From the NCBI GenBank assembly GCA_947632145.1, contig CANRNW010000003.1:8019-72018 (forward strand): DNA of 64,000 nt, in the 5' to 3' direction. The position numbers and the translations under genes are program-made. Shown here piece by piece: positions 1 through 10,190 of this stretch; within the stretch, counting starts at the first letter, position 1; every line of letters begins with the position of its first letter. Under the pieces are notes generated by a model that did not search any database, had not been told where the DNA came from, and saw only the letters and a list, made by a program, of their open reading frames with translations. The DNA comes from an uncultured Clostridia bacterium (GTDB lineage: Bacteria > Bacillota > Clostridia > TANB77 > CAG-508).

Positions 1-2
1 GA

Positions 3-1688
3 AACTTTTTTGGATTGTGTCCTTTTCATAAAGAGAAATCGCCTTCTTTTTCTGTTTCTCCGGATAGACAAATTTTCCATTGCTTTGGATGTGGAGCTGG
101 CGGAAATGTAATACATTTCATTCAAAAAATGGAAAATATAGATTTCAGAGATACTATGGAATTGCTTGCAGAAAGAGCAGGAATTGTTTTACCTACAATC
201 GAAAACTCTGAGGAAGATAGAAAGCAATTATTAAAGAAAAAAGTATATGAAATAAATGAAAAATCGGCACTTTTTTTTCACGAAAATTTATATAAACCAG
301 ATTCAGTTCAAGCACAAGAATACATAAAAAAGAGAAAATTAGATAATAAAACATTAAAATCTTTTAGAATAGGCTATTCTGGAAACTACAATGAATTATA
401 TACATATTTAAAAAAAGAGGGCTATTCAGATGAAGAGATAATAGCATCAACTCTTGTTATAAAAAACGAGAATGGCTCATATGTTGACAGATTTAGAAAA
501 AGACTTATGATTCCAATATTAGATGTGCGAAATAGAGTAATAGCATTTGGAGGAAGAGTTTTAGATGATAGCTTACCTAAATACATAAATTCACCAGAAA
601 GCATAGTGTATAGTAAAGGAAGAAACTTATTTGCATTAAATATTGCAAAAAATTCTAATCCACAAAAGCTTATAATTGTTGAAGGTTATATGGATGCAAT
701 ATCATTATATCAAAGAGGAATAAACAATGTTGTTGCTTCTCTTGGTACTGCACTAACTGAGGCACAAGGAAGATTACTTAGAAAGTATTGCGAAAAAGTA
801 ATAATTTCTTATGATTCAGATGGAGCAGGACAAGCAGCAACTCTAAGAGGATTAGAAATTTTAAAATCAATAGGGTGTGATGTTAGAATACTTCAAATGG
901 AAGGTGCAAAAGATCCAGATGAATATGTTATAAAATATGGTAGTGGTAGATTTAACTTATTAGTTGAGAATGCTATATCATTAGTAGAGTTTAAAGTTAA
1001 GGTATTAAAAAAACAGTTAGATATAAATAATACTAATGATAAAATAAAATTTTTAAATGAAATATCAAAAATACTAACAGCAGTAGATAATAATATAGAA
1101 CAAGAAGTATATATAGAAAAAATATCAGCAGAGTACAATATATCTAAAGAAGCGATATATGCACAAATAAATAAAATGAATTATTCTCAAAATCAAGGTA
1201 AAAAAATACTAGAAAGAACCACATATGTAAAACCTAAAATGAAAGATGATAAAAATACTGAAGCTTTGATACAAAGAGAAAATATGATTGTTTCACTTTT
1301 AATAAGTGAAGGAAAAGATGTATATGACCAAATAAAAGATATAATAACTCCACAAGATATGAAAAAAGAAGAAAATAAAGAAATAATGACAAAAATGTAT
1401 GAAGAATACAAAAACGGAAATAGTAATATAAATAACATATTAGATTTATTTGAAAATAATGAAGAAATAATAAATTATATTACTGGCATAATGGCTACAG
1501 ATTATGAAATTGCAAATGTAGGAAAGTCTATAAAAGATATCATACATATTTATAAAAAAGAAAAATTGACTAACCAAAAAAATGAAATTATAAAAAAACT
1601 AGATGATAAAAATTTACAATTAGAAGACAAGATAAACCTTGAAAAAGATTTAAATAACATTATTATAGAACTTGCAAAATTTAAGTAG
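3..1688 (+). CDS. dnaG: DNA primase DnaG (N-terminus upstream of window)
   Basis: The ORF is open to the window edge. It has the zinc finger [20 protein letters not shown] and TOPRIM motifs IVEGYMD and [11 protein letters not shown]. The track 'M' at 15 is an internal TTG. Confidence 0.95.
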   Translation, partial: NFFGLCPFHKEKSPSFSVSPDRQIFHCFGCGAGGNVIHFIQKMENIDFRDTMELLAERAGIVLPTIENSEEDRKQLLKKKVYEINEKSALFFHENLYKPDSVQAQEYIKKRKLDNKTLKSFRIGYSGNYNELYTYLKKEGYSDEEIIASTLVIKNENGSYVDRFRKRLMIPILDVRNRVIAFGGRVLDDSLPKYINSPESIVYSKGRNLFALNIAKNSNPQKLIIVEGYMDAISLYQRGINNVVASLGTALTEAQGRLLRKYCEKVIISYDSDGAGQAATLRGLEILKSIGCDVRILQMEGAKDPDEYVIKYGSGRFNLLVENAISLVEFKVKVLKKQLDINNTNDKIKFLNEISKILTAVDNNIEQEVYIEKISAEYNISKEAIYAQINKMNYSQNQGKKILERTTYVKPKMKDDKNTEALIQRENMIVSLLISEGKDVYDQIKDIITPQDMKKEENKEIMTKMYEEYKNGNSNINNILDLFENNEEIINYITGIMATDYEIANVGKSIKDIIHIYKKEKLTNQKNEIIKKLDDKNLQLEDKINLEKDLNNIIIELAKFK

Positions 1689-1713
1689 AGTGCTAGAAAG
1701 GAAAGTGTTAAAA

Positions 1714-3141
1714 ATGCCAAAAGTAAAAAAAGAAGAGGTAAAAGTTGCAAAAGAAGAAGTAAAAAAACAAGTAAAAGTAAATAAAGAAAACAAAGAGAAA
1801 AAAGAAACAAAGCAAACTAAAAAAGCAGAAAAAACAAACAAAACGGAAAAAGTAGAAAAAGCCGACAAAACTGAAAAAACAGAAAAAACTGGAAAAAAAG
1901 TTAAAGCAGAAGAAACAGAAAAGGCAGAAAAAACGGATAAAAAAGTTAAAACAGGAGAAACAGAAAAGGCAGAGAAAACAGATAAAAAAGTTAAAACAGG
2001 AGAAACAGAAAAGGCAGAGAAAACAGATAAAAAAGTTAAAACAGAAGAAAAAAAAGAAGAAGAATCAAAAGAAGCTAATGAAAAAGTTCAAGAGATAGTA
2101 AGAAAAGCAAAAGAAAAAGGGCAAATAACATATGGAGAATTGGCAAGTGAACTAGGTGATGCAAACTTAGAGCAAATAGATAAAGTATTTGATGCTTTTG
2201 AAGAAATAGGTGTAGATGTATTAAAAGATGAAGATTTAGAAGAGCCTGATTTAGAGGATTTAGAGAGTGTAGAACCTGTAGAATACATTGATTTAATGAA
2301 CTTCGAAGGTGTAAATGTAGATGATCCAGTAAGAATGTATTTAAGGGAAATTGGAAAAATACCGTTATTAACATTTGAAGAGGAATTAGATTTAGCAAAA
2401 AGAATGTTAAATGGAGATGAAGAAGCAAAGCAAAAACTATGTGAATCTAACTTAAGATTAGTTGTAAGTATTGCAAAAAAATATGTTGGAAGAGGAATGC
2501 TTTTCCTAGATTTAATTCAAGAAGGAAATATGGGATTGATAAAGGCTGTTGAAAAATTTGATTATACTAAAGGATACAAGTTTAGTACTTATGCAACATG
2601 GTGGATTAGGCAAGCAATAACAAGAGCAATAGCAGACCAAGCAAGAACAATAAGAATACCAGTTCATATGGTAGAAACAATAAATAAACTAATTAGAACT
2701 TCTAGACATTTATTACAACAATTAGGAAGAGAACCTTCTCCTGAAGAAATTGCTAAGGAAATGGATATAAGTGTAGAGAAAGTAATGGAAATACAAAAAA
2801 TAGCACAAGATCCAGTATCACTTGAAACTCCAATAGGAGAAGAAGATGACAGCCATTTAGGTGATTTTATACAAGATGATGATTCACCAGCTCCACATGA
2901 TTCAGCTGCATACACTCTTTTAAAAGAACAACTAGAAGAGGTTATGGAGACTTTAACACCAAGAGAAGCCAAAGTATTGAAGTTAAGATTTGGATTAGAA
3001 GATGGCAAAACAAGAACTCTAGAAGAAGTTGGAAGAGAATTTATGGTAACTCGTGAAAGAATAAGACAAATAGAAGCAAAAGCATTAAGAAAATTAAGAC
3101 ATCCTAGTAGAAGTAAAAAGTTAAAAGATTATATGAACTAA
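1714..3141 (+). CDS. rpoD: Primary sigma-70 factor RpoD/SigA with a long Lys/Glu-rich repetitive N-terminal extension
   Basis: The C-terminal ~300 aa are canonical sigma-70 regions ([27 protein letters not shown]; [20 protein letters not shown]). ATG 1714 lies behind GAAAGGAAAG. The dnaG-rpoD order is classic. Confidence 0.95.
   Translation: MPKVKKEEVKVAKEEVKKQVKVNKENKEKKETKQTKKAEKTNKTEKVEKADKTEKTEKTGKKVKAEETEKAEKTDKKVKTGETEKAEKTDKKVKTGETEKAEKTDKKVKTEEKKEEESKEANEKVQEIVRKAKEKGQITYGELASELGDANLEQIDKVFDAFEEIGVDVLKDEDLEEPDLEDLESVEPVEYIDLMNFEGVNVDDPVRMYLREIGKIPLLTFEEELDLAKRMLNGDEEAKQKLCESNLRLVVSIAKKYVGRGMLFLDLIQEGNMGLIKAVEKFDYTKGYKFSTYATWWIRQAITRAIADQARTIRIPVHMVETINKLIRTSRHLLQQLGREPSPEEIAKEMDISVEKVMEIQKIAQDPVSLETPIGEEDDSHLGDFIQDDDSPAPHDSAAYTLLKEQLEEVMETLTPREAKVLKLRFGLEDGKTRTLEEVGREFMVTRERIRQIEAKALRKLRHPSRSKKLKDYMN
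1891..2043 (+). repeat. In-frame 45-bp tandem repeat (~3.4 copies; [15 protein letters not shown] units) inside rpoD
   Basis: Copies 1936-1980 and 1981-2025 are identical. 1891-1935 is a diverged copy and 2026-2043 a partial copy. Confidence 0.85.
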
Positions 3142-3235
3142 GAAAAATACTCACAAATACTTGATTTTTCTAATAAAAAATGTTACAATAAATATGTATT
3201 GTAACATTTTTTTGTAAAGAGAGGTTAATAAAAAA

Positions 3236-3556
3236 ATGGAAGAAGTAAAGAAAAAAAATCCTATTAGAAAATTCTTAGATTGGTTAAAAACTCCAGATGA
3301 TGATGAATTTGTTGATGGAGAATTAAATATAAAAGCATTTGGTGATGAAACTAATGAAACTATTGAAGAATTAAAAAAATCAAACAAAAAAATAGATGAA
3401 ATGAGTAAAAGCTTCTTTGAGGAAAATAAAGCAAATTATAAAAAACGTATAAAAACACAAGGAAACGTTGAGTTACAAGGAAAAGCAAATACAGAGAAAG
3501 ATAATACAAAAATTCAACCAAGTGGTAAATCATCAAAAGTACAAGAAGAAAGATAA
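3236..3556 (+). CDS. Hypothetical charged protein (106 aa)
   Basis: ORF with upstream GAGAGG SD-like sequence. No recognisable motif. Confidence 0.5.
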   Translation: MEEVKKKNPIRKFLDWLKTPDDDEFVDGELNIKAFGDETNETIEELKKSNKKIDEMSKSFFEENKANYKKRIKTQGNVELQGKANTEKDNTKIQPSGKSSKVQEER

Positions 3557-3583
3557 GAATTATAATTTTAAGGTGAGGTTTTT

Positions 3584-3724
3584 ATGGAAAAGAATATAAA
3601 AATAGTAAATGGTAATGGATCTGAAATTGAAATATCTCCAGTATATGACCACTTAAATTCAGCAAAACCAAAAATAAAAAAAGAAAAAAAGGAAATAATA
3701 ATACCAGAAGAAAAAAAGAAATAA
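3584..3724 (+). CDS. Small hypothetical ORF (46 aa, below track cutoff)
   Basis: AGGTGAGG SD lies 7 nt before ATG 3584. Product is MEKNIKIVNGNGSEIEISPVYDHLNSAKPKIKKEKKEIIIPEEKKK. Confidence 0.35.
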   Translation: MEKNIKIVNGNGSEIEISPVYDHLNSAKPKIKKEKKEIIIPEEKKK

Positions 3725-3789
3725 TTAAAATGTTGTTGACAAACTTATAAAAACTTATTATAATAAATAAGTCGCTTGACAAAATATAT

Positions 3790-3866
3790 GGCGAGGTAGC
3801 TCAGTTGGCTAGAGCACTTGGTTCATACCCAAGGTGTCGAGGGTTCGAATCCCCCTCTCGCTACCA
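3790..3866 (+). tRNA. tRNA-Met (CAU anticodon, elongator-like; a tRNA-Ile2 lysidine type cannot be excluded)
   Basis: Hand-folded cloverleaf. Acceptor GGCGAGG/TCTCGCT (two G-U pairs), D arm GCTC..GAGC, anticodon stem CTTGG/CCAAG with loop TTCATAC, T arm GAGGG-TTCGAAT-CCCCC (one A-C mismatch), encoded CCA. Confidence 0.85.
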
Positions 3867-3877
3867 CAACTTAAAAA

Positions 3878-3917
3878 AATAGCATGTTTCAATAGATTTG
3901 AGATATGCTATTTTTTT
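3878..3917 (+). terminator. Hairpin plus T-run after the tRNA
   Basis: AATAGCATGTTTCAA..TTGAGATATGCTATT stem followed by TTTTTTT. Confidence 0.6.
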
Positions 3918-4042
3918 AATTATCACATTTTTATCACATTATTGCATTAGCAAGCCAAATTGACATTTTATGTAAATTATGTTATTATGAAAATATGATA
4001 CAATAGTATTGTAATAAAAAAAGTTATCCTATATAATATAAG

Positions 4043-4072
4043 AAAATGTCAAAAAATGTCAGAAAATGAAAA
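4043..4072. promoter_or_regulatory. Three 10-bp-phased direct repeats (GAAAATGTCA / AAAAATGTCA / GAAAATGAAA) upstream of the three-gene operon
   Basis: Read directly. They lie between a TTGACA-17-TATTAT promoter-like element (3959-3987) and the GTG start at 4153. Confidence 0.3.
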
Positions 4073-4152
4073 TAAAAAAATCTTGTAAAATATTATATAA
4101 TAGTATAAAATATTCTAAAATAGAAAGAATATAAATATACTAGGAGTATGAA

Positions 4153-4791
4153 GTGAATAAAATATATATAGGATTTCACGGAACATTAAAAGAAAATAAA
4201 GAGTCTATTGAAAATAATGGATTTAAAAAATCTATATCTACAGATAAGCAACATTGGTTAGGTGAAGGAGTATATTTTTTTGAAGATGAATATTATGCAG
4301 TAGAATGGAATGTACTTGATATAAAGAAAAAAAGAAAAGAAGGAATTAATTTAAAGCCATCTGATTATATAATATTGAAAGCTTTTATAATGTGTAACTC
4401 CAATAAGATGCTAGATATGAGTTCACCAGAAGGTATTGTTTTATATAAATATTTCAAAGACAAATTAAAGGAAAAGTACATAAAAGAAGGAAATCAATCT
4501 GAGATAAATAAATTAAATGGAAGAAGTACAAAATTTTGGATGAATGCATTAGCAGATAATGGATTTTTTGATGAATTTGATGTATTGTTAGCTAGTTATG
4601 TTAGAACAATACAAGAATTAGGAAAAAATGATGATGATTTTATTAAAAATCATCAAAGGCAAATTTGTGTAAGAGAAACTAAATGTATATATAGTGTAAG
4701 AGAATATAATGATATCGATAGAGTTAAAGATTTATATAGAATTATAATTAAAAATAGAAAAATAGAAATGATAGGTGAATATAATGAATAG
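4153..4791 (+). CDS. DUF3990-like / ADP-ribosyltransferase-fold-like protein (candidate toxin), 212 aa
   Basis: GTG start 6 nt after AGGAG. The N-terminal layout IGFHGT..(25 aa)..LGEGVYFFEDEYYAVEW matches the YHGS..G.GFY.T..A.EWA pattern I associate with DUF3990. Family call is from memory, not HMM-verified. Confidence 0.55.
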   Translation: MNKIYIGFHGTLKENKESIENNGFKKSISTDKQHWLGEGVYFFEDEYYAVEWNVLDIKKKRKEGINLKPSDYIILKAFIMCNSNKMLDMSSPEGIVLYKYFKDKLKEKYIKEGNQSEINKLNGRSTKFWMNALADNGFFDEFDVLLASYVRTIQELGKNDDDFIKNHQRQICVRETKCIYSVREYNDIDRVKDLYRIIIKNRKIEMIGEYNE

Positions 4792-5038
4792 ATTAAAAAG
4801 ATTAATGAAAAAAATTGACAGTATAGTTGATAAGATGACAATAGAAGAAATAGAAGAAAGAATTAGAATAGATGAAAAAGAAAATGTTGAATTAGAGCTT
4901 TGTGGGAATGATTATAAAACAGTAGATTTTGAAGAAAAAGATATAAAATATGATATGAAAATAAAAGAACAATGTCAATATAACGAATATAATGAATATA
5001 TGGAGGAAAAAGAATGGACAAGTTTAAAAGCAAGTTAA
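4775..5038 (+). CDS. Small acidic protein (candidate antitoxin), 84-87 aa
   Basis: Overlaps the upstream stop by 17 nt (ATG 4775; the alternative ATG 4784 has better SD spacing). Overlaps the downstream start by 25 nt. Glu/Asp/Lys-rich. Confidence 0.5.
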   Translation: MNIMNRLKRLMKKIDSIVDKMTIEEIEERIRIDEKENVELELCGNDYKTVDFEEKDIKYDMKIKEQCQYNEYNEYMEEKEWTSLKAS

Positions 5039-5418
5039 TATTTAAAAAATACATAGTAGATGAGATAAATTTTAATTATAATGAAAAGTTCATAGATAAA
5101 CCAGTAAAAATAGATTTTGACATAGATAAAGAGATTGTATACATATCAGAAAAAGAAATGCAAGTGAGATTAATAGTATACTTATTTAATAATACACCGA
5201 AGGAATATCCATACAAGATGAAAGTAGCTATTAGAGGATTTTTTGAAATTGAAAATAATGACGAAAATATTAACTTTGAACCTAATGCGATTGCTATTTT
5301 ATATCCATATATAAGGTCTATAGTATCTACTTATACATCTAGTGCAAATGTTATGCCGTTAATATTACCTGTAATAAATGTAAATAAAATGTTGCAAGAT
5401 AAAGAGAAAGAGAACTAG
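5014..5418 (+). CDS. SecB-like chaperone (134 aa)
   Basis: GGAGGA SD. Aligns by eye along the whole length to E. coli SecB. The strongest match is NAIAILYPYIRSIVSTYTSSANVMPLILPVINV versus [30 protein letters not shown]. Confidence 0.75.
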   Translation: MDKFKSKLIFKKYIVDEINFNYNEKFIDKPVKIDFDIDKEIVYISEKEMQVRLIVYLFNNTPKEYPYKMKVAIRGFFEIENNDENINFEPNAIAILYPYIRSIVSTYTSSANVMPLILPVINVNKMLQDKEKEN

Positions 5419-5555
5419 TGATAGTTCTCTTTTTCTTATTTCATATCATTGAAACTACAATATATTTTTTACTTCCTATATTTCAAATAACATTGACAAA
5501 AAAATTAAAAGCATATATAATTACGGAAGTAAGAAAAATGAGGTGTGTTTTTATT

Positions 5556-6644
5556 ATGAAATATATTAAAAGAACTATTCTCTTAGCAATAATTCTTATT
5601 ATATTAAAAATATCTAGTTCATACGCAATAGATGGAGTTGTTATACAAGATGGAATTAGAGTTAGAAAAGGACCAAGCACAGATACAGCTATTGTTACAG
5701 TGCTAAATAAAGAGGCTCCAGTAGAAATTATTGAAGAAACAAATGGATGGTATAAAATTAAATATACGCAGTTAGGTAATTATGAAGGATATATGAGAAA
5801 AGATTTCATAAAGCAAACAGGTACAGGAACAATACCCGTAACAAATTCAGAACAAGCAACTCCTGCACCAACTACAACACCAACACCCGTAGACACACCA
5901 ACACCTGCAACTACGGAGCCTCAACAAAATGAAAATCCAACAATAAATTTGTTAGGGCAAAAAATAGTAAATAATGATGCAAATGTATATATATTACCAG
6001 TAGTTACATCAAGTATAAAAGATACAATTAAGAAAAATGGTGAAATTTTTGTACGAGAAATTGCAGGAAATTTTGCTTATGTAGAATATAGTGGAAAAGC
6101 AGGATGGATAAGAACTAGTTTAATACAAGAAAAACCAGAAAAAGATACAACAACTACTAATAGAGGTTCAAGTTCAAGAGAATCTGTAGTAAATGTAACT
6201 GCACAAGTAGTAAATACGCCAACAGAGAAGACAGAAGTAGTTACAACACCAGTTAGTGCAAGTTCAATAGGTGAGCAAATTGCTAGTATGTCTAAAACTT
6301 ATGTTGGTTACAAGTATGTTTATGGTGGAGCTAGCCCATCAACTGGATTTGATTGTTCAGGACTTGTATATTATATATGTGGTAAATTAGGATGCAAAGT
6401 AAATAGAACTGCAGATGCACAAGCAAACAATGGAGTTTATGTTGAAAAAGCAAACTTACAACCTGGAGATTTAGTATTTTTTACAGACTATAAAACAAAT
6501 CAAGGAATTGGGCATGTTGGAATATATATAGGAAATAATCAATTTGTACACGCATCTACTCCAACAGCTGGAGTAATAGTATCAAATCTAAGTGATGCAA
6601 GTTATGTAAAAAGATATGTAACTGCAAGAAGAGTAGATTTATAA
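5556..6644 (+). CDS. Secreted cell-wall hydrolase: SH3b domains plus C-terminal NlpC/P60 domain
   Basis: Signal peptide MKYIKRTILLAIILIILKISSSYA after AGGTG. NlpC/P60 motifs DCSGLVYYI and GHVGIYIGNNQFVHAS. Thr/Pro linker. Confidence 0.85.
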   Translation: MKYIKRTILLAIILIILKISSSYAIDGVVIQDGIRVRKGPSTDTAIVTVLNKEAPVEIIEETNGWYKIKYTQLGNYEGYMRKDFIKQTGTGTIPVTNSEQATPAPTTTPTPVDTPTPATTEPQQNENPTINLLGQKIVNNDANVYILPVVTSSIKDTIKKNGEIFVREIAGNFAYVEYSGKAGWIRTSLIQEKPEKDTTTTNRGSSSRESVVNVTAQVVNTPTEKTEVVTTPVSASSIGEQIASMSKTYVGYKYVYGGASPSTGFDCSGLVYYICGKLGCKVNRTADAQANNGVYVEKANLQPGDLVFFTDYKTNQGIGHVGIYIGNNQFVHASTPTAGVIVSNLSDASYVKRYVTARRVDL

Positions 6645-6677
6645 TGGGGGTAATTTATAAATATTTAAGGAGTGCTT

Positions 6678-9080
6678 ATGGTTAAAAGACCAATTGTAAT
6701 TGCCTCTATAGGATATATGTTAGGAATAATTTTAGGGCTATATTTTGAAAAAAGTATAGCTCTAATTTTTTTAGGAATTTTAATTATAGTTTTTTTAATA
6801 AAGTTTTTAAATAAAAATATTAAAAGATATTTAAAAGTCATATTTCCTAAAAAAATGATATTCATTTTATTTGTATTTATTATAATAGGCGCAATTTATA
6901 GTTTTACATTAGATAGTAGGTATAATAAAATCTATGGAATCGATAAAAACGTTGAGATAACAGGGGCTATAGAAACAGTTGAAAATAAAAATTATTCAAA
7001 TAAATACATTTTAAAAGTAAAAAGTATAGACAAAAAACAATATGCGAATTTAAAACTAATACTATATGTAAAGAAAAACCAAGACATTTTAGAATATGGA
7101 GATTATATAAAATTCATAGCAAAATATACTAAACCAGAAGATAGTAGGAATTATAAAGGATTTTCATATAGAGATTATTTAAAACAAAATAATATTTATG
7201 GAACAGTAAATGTAGTGAATACAATACAAATACTAGAAAAAAACAAAACAAGTTTTATAGAAAGAAATATAAATGCATTAAGAAATAAAATAATTAAAGA
7301 TATAAATAACAATTTGCCAGAAGATGAGGCTTCAGTTTTTTTAGGAATATTACTAGGAGAAAAGTCTCAGATTTCAGATGAAATAAATACATATTTTAAA
7401 AATGGAAATATGGCACACATATTAGCCATATCTGGTGCTCATGTAAGTTATATAGTTATTATAATAAATTTGTTTTTTGGGAAAATGCAAAAGAGGTTTT
7501 CTAAAATTTGCATTATAATAATTTTAATCTTTTTTATGATGCTTACAAATTTTAGCCCATCTGTTGTAAGAGCTTGTTTAATGACTATAAGTGTTTGTTT
7601 TTCAAAATTAGTTCATAGAAAATCTGACATATATAATAATTTAAGTTTATCGGCTTTAATAATCTTATTTTTTAACCCATATAAATTATTTAATATAGGT
7701 TTTGAATTGACATTTTTAGGAACTTTAGGAATAGTTTTTATAAGTCCTAAATTATGTAAAAAAGAAAATAATAATGAAAAACAAAATATACTAAAGAATA
7801 AATTGAAGAAAGTAATAAAAGATTCAATAGTAATTTCTATATCTGTGCAAATTCTAATTGCACCAATAATTATTTTAAATTTCAATGCAATTTCATACAA
7901 TTTTTTAATTTCTGGAATAATATCAACTCCAATATTTGCTTTAATTATGATAATAGGTATTTGTTTCTTAATACTAAGTCCTTTAAGAATAATTCTTTAT
8001 CCAATTATAAGAATATTAGTAGGATTTTTAATATGTATATCTAAAGCTTTATCAAATTTACCATTTTCTAGTATTACAATACCAACACCTAATCTAATTT
8101 TTATAATAACATATTACATAATTTTGTTTTTAATTTTTATCTTCCAAAATAAATTATTTCATAGAATCTTTAAAAATAGAGAAAAAATCAAAAGAACAAT
8201 GAAAAAAATTATAATAGTAATTATAATAATAAGTTTGATTTTTCAATTGTTTAATAATTTTAGTTATAAGTATTTACGAATTTATTTTATAGATGTAGGA
8301 CAAGGAGATTCAAGTTTACTTATTACTCCAAAACATAAAACAATTCTAATTGATGGTGGTGGAAGTTCAGATAAAGATTATGATATAGGAAAAAATATTT
8401 TAGTACCATATCTGCTAGATAGAGGTGTTTGGACTATTGATTATTTAATGGTTTCACATTTCGATAATGACCACTGCGGAGGGCTTATGTATTTATTAAA
8501 AAATTTAAAAGTGAAAAATATACTTATATCTAAGCAAGCCAAAGTAAGCGAAGAGTATACAAAATTTTTGGAGATTGCTAATGAAAAACATATAACTATA
8601 AAAGTTGTACAAAAAGGGGATGTAATTACTATTGAAAAAGATTTAAGAATTTATGTATTGTATCCTTCTTATAATCTGGAATTTGATGATTTAAATAATA
8701 ATTCTTTAGTTGTAAAATTAGTGTATAAAAATTTTAGTATGCTATTTACTGGAGATATTGAAAAAGAGGCAGAAAATGAAATATTAAAAATGTATGGTAA
8801 AAATGTGCTAAAGAGTACTGTATTAAAAATAGCTCATCATGGTTCAAAAACATCATCAACACAAGAATTTATAAAGTTGGTTAATCCGAAAATTGCTTTA
8901 ATAGGAGTTGGAAAAGACAATAATTTTGGACATCCGAATGAAGAAATTTTAGAAAGACTAAATAGTTTTAAAGTAAAGGTATTTAGAACAGATGAATGCG
9001 GAGAGATACAAATAAGAACTAATGGAAGTGATGAAAAGCAACTAAAAGTAGTTTCAAAATTTAATAATATAATGGATTAA
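6678..9080 (+). CDS. comEC: DNA internalisation competence protein ComEC/Rec2 with C-terminal metallo-beta-lactamase domain
   Basis: Polytopic membrane core (competence domain) plus FIDVGQGDS..HFDNDHCGG..AHHGS motifs. Confidence 0.9.
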   Translation: MVKRPIVIASIGYMLGIILGLYFEKSIALIFLGILIIVFLIKFLNKNIKRYLKVIFPKKMIFILFVFIIIGAIYSFTLDSRYNKIYGIDKNVEITGAIETVENKNYSNKYILKVKSIDKKQYANLKLILYVKKNQDILEYGDYIKFIAKYTKPEDSRNYKGFSYRDYLKQNNIYGTVNVVNTIQILEKNKTSFIERNINALRNKIIKDINNNLPEDEASVFLGILLGEKSQISDEINTYFKNGNMAHILAISGAHVSYIVIIINLFFGKMQKRFSKICIIIILIFFMMLTNFSPSVVRACLMTISVCFSKLVHRKSDIYNNLSLSALIILFFNPYKLFNIGFELTFLGTLGIVFISPKLCKKENNNEKQNILKNKLKKVIKDSIVISISVQILIAPIIILNFNAISYNFLISGIISTPIFALIMIIGICFLILSPLRIILYPIIRILVGFLICISKALSNLPFSSITIPTPNLIFIITYYIILFLIFIFQNKLFHRIFKNREKIKRTMKKIIIVIIIISLIFQLFNNFSYKYLRIYFIDVGQGDSSLLITPKHKTILIDGGGSSDKDYDIGKNILVPYLLDRGVWTIDYLMVSHFDNDHCGGLMYLLKNLKVKNILISKQAKVSEEYTKFLEIANEKHITIKVVQKGDVITIEKDLRIYVLYPSYNLEFDDLNNNSLVVKLVYKNFSMLFTGDIEKEAENEILKMYGKNVLKSTVLKIAHHGSKTSSTQEFIKLVNPKIALIGVGKDNNFGHPNEEILERLNSFKVKVFRTDECGEIQIRTNGSDEKQLKVVSKFNNIMD

Positions 9081-9134
9081 ATGTATAATTTTTCAAAAAA
9101 TGTTAACAATACACCTAAGAGATAGGTGATTATT

Positions 9135-9728
9135 ATGAAAAAGAGATTGTTAGTATTAACAGTAATATTGATAATTATATTTGGCTTTTTAATGGGAAAG
9201 TATATATATAAAACCCTAAGTTCTAGTGATAGCTATAACGCGGAGATTTATAAATCAAATAAAATAGCAAGTGAAACACCAAACAAAGTTAATGATGATG
9301 ATGAGGTCAAAGAAACAAATGCAAAAGAAAAAAAGATTTCTCCGAATGCAAAAGTAATAACTAATATTTTTTATAATGAATGTGGACACACAGTGAAAAC
9401 TTCAAAAACCATAGAAAATGAATATATTAATTTAACAGAAGAAGAATTTGCAGAAGAATTAAAAGATTTTGAGATACAAGAATTTGAGCCAGAAGAAATT
9501 ACAATATATAAAGAAGAAGATGGCATATGCAATGAACACTACATTTTAAAAGATATGGATGGATATGTGGCAATATATAATTTAGATAGTGAAGAAAATG
9601 AAGTTCTTGAAACTGTTACAGAAATAGGAGTTGAGTTTTTACCATTAACAGATTCTGAAAAGATAAAAGGTGGACTTAAAGTATATGGAAGAGAAAACTT
9701 AAATAGATTATTAGAAGATTTTGAATAA
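9135..9728 (+). CDS. Membrane-anchored hypothetical protein (C-terminal BofC-like DGYVAIY..LLEDFE region)
   Basis: N-terminal TM helix. AGGTG SD before ATG 9135. The domain call is weak. Confidence 0.5.
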   Translation: MKKRLLVLTVILIIIFGFLMGKYIYKTLSSSDSYNAEIYKSNKIASETPNKVNDDDEVKETNAKEKKISPNAKVITNIFYNECGHTVKTSKTIENEYINLTEEEFAEELKDFEIQEFEPEEITIYKEEDGICNEHYILKDMDGYVAIYNLDSEENEVLETVTEIGVEFLPLTDSEKIKGGLKVYGRENLNRLLEDFE

Positions 9729-9772
9729 TCGCCACATGTATAATAAAAAAAGAAGACTTATGTCTTCTTTTT

Positions 9773-10039
9773 CTATGCAACTATTGCATTTATTTTTTTT
9801 GCTAAATTAGATTTTTTTCTAGCTGCTGTGTTTTTCTTTATAACACCTTTTGTACAAGCTTGATCTATTTTTTTTGTAGCATCAACGAAAAGTTTTTTTG
9901 CTTCTTCAGAATTTCCTTCTGATATGGCTAGTTCAACTTTTCTTACAGCTGTTCTATATCCTGTTTTAATCATATTATTTTGTGCGGTTTTTTTCTCAAT
10001 TACACTAACTCTTTTTATAGCTGATTTGATATTTGGCAT
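9773..10039 (-). CDS. rpsT: 30S ribosomal protein S20
   Basis: MPNIKSAIKRVSVIEKKTAQN.. is typical S20. 88 aa. Confidence 0.95.
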   Translation of the reverse strand: MPNIKSAIKRVSVIEKKTAQNNMIKTGYRTAVRKVELAISEGNSEEAKKLFVDATKKIDQACTKGVIKKNTAARKKSNLAKKINAIVA

Positions 10040-10190
10040 ATATTTTGCACCTCCTCTAAGAAATGAATAATTTTGACTTTTAATATTTTACCATATAGAA
10101 ATAAAAAAATCAAGCCACAAAGTGAAAAAAGTAGACAAAATTTTAAAAATAGTATATATTATATAAGAATGTAAAAAAGGTGGAGAGGGT

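Noticed and set aside
3967-3985. A 19-nt exact match (TTTATGTAAATTATGTTAT) between the promoter region upstream of the TAC-like operon and the promoter of orphan 1 (reverse complement at 15593-15611).
   Set aside because: With this base composition I estimate that a 19-mer match somewhere in 64 kb on both strands is expected about once by chance. Both sequences are generic AT-rich spacer/-10 sequence. It is not strong enough to claim a shared element.
5418-5555. The upstream extension of the NlpC/P60 ORF (track start 5418).
   Set aside because: The extension overlaps the SecB-like stop region, is hydrophobic nonsense, and precedes a good AGGTG SD and signal peptide at ATG 5556.
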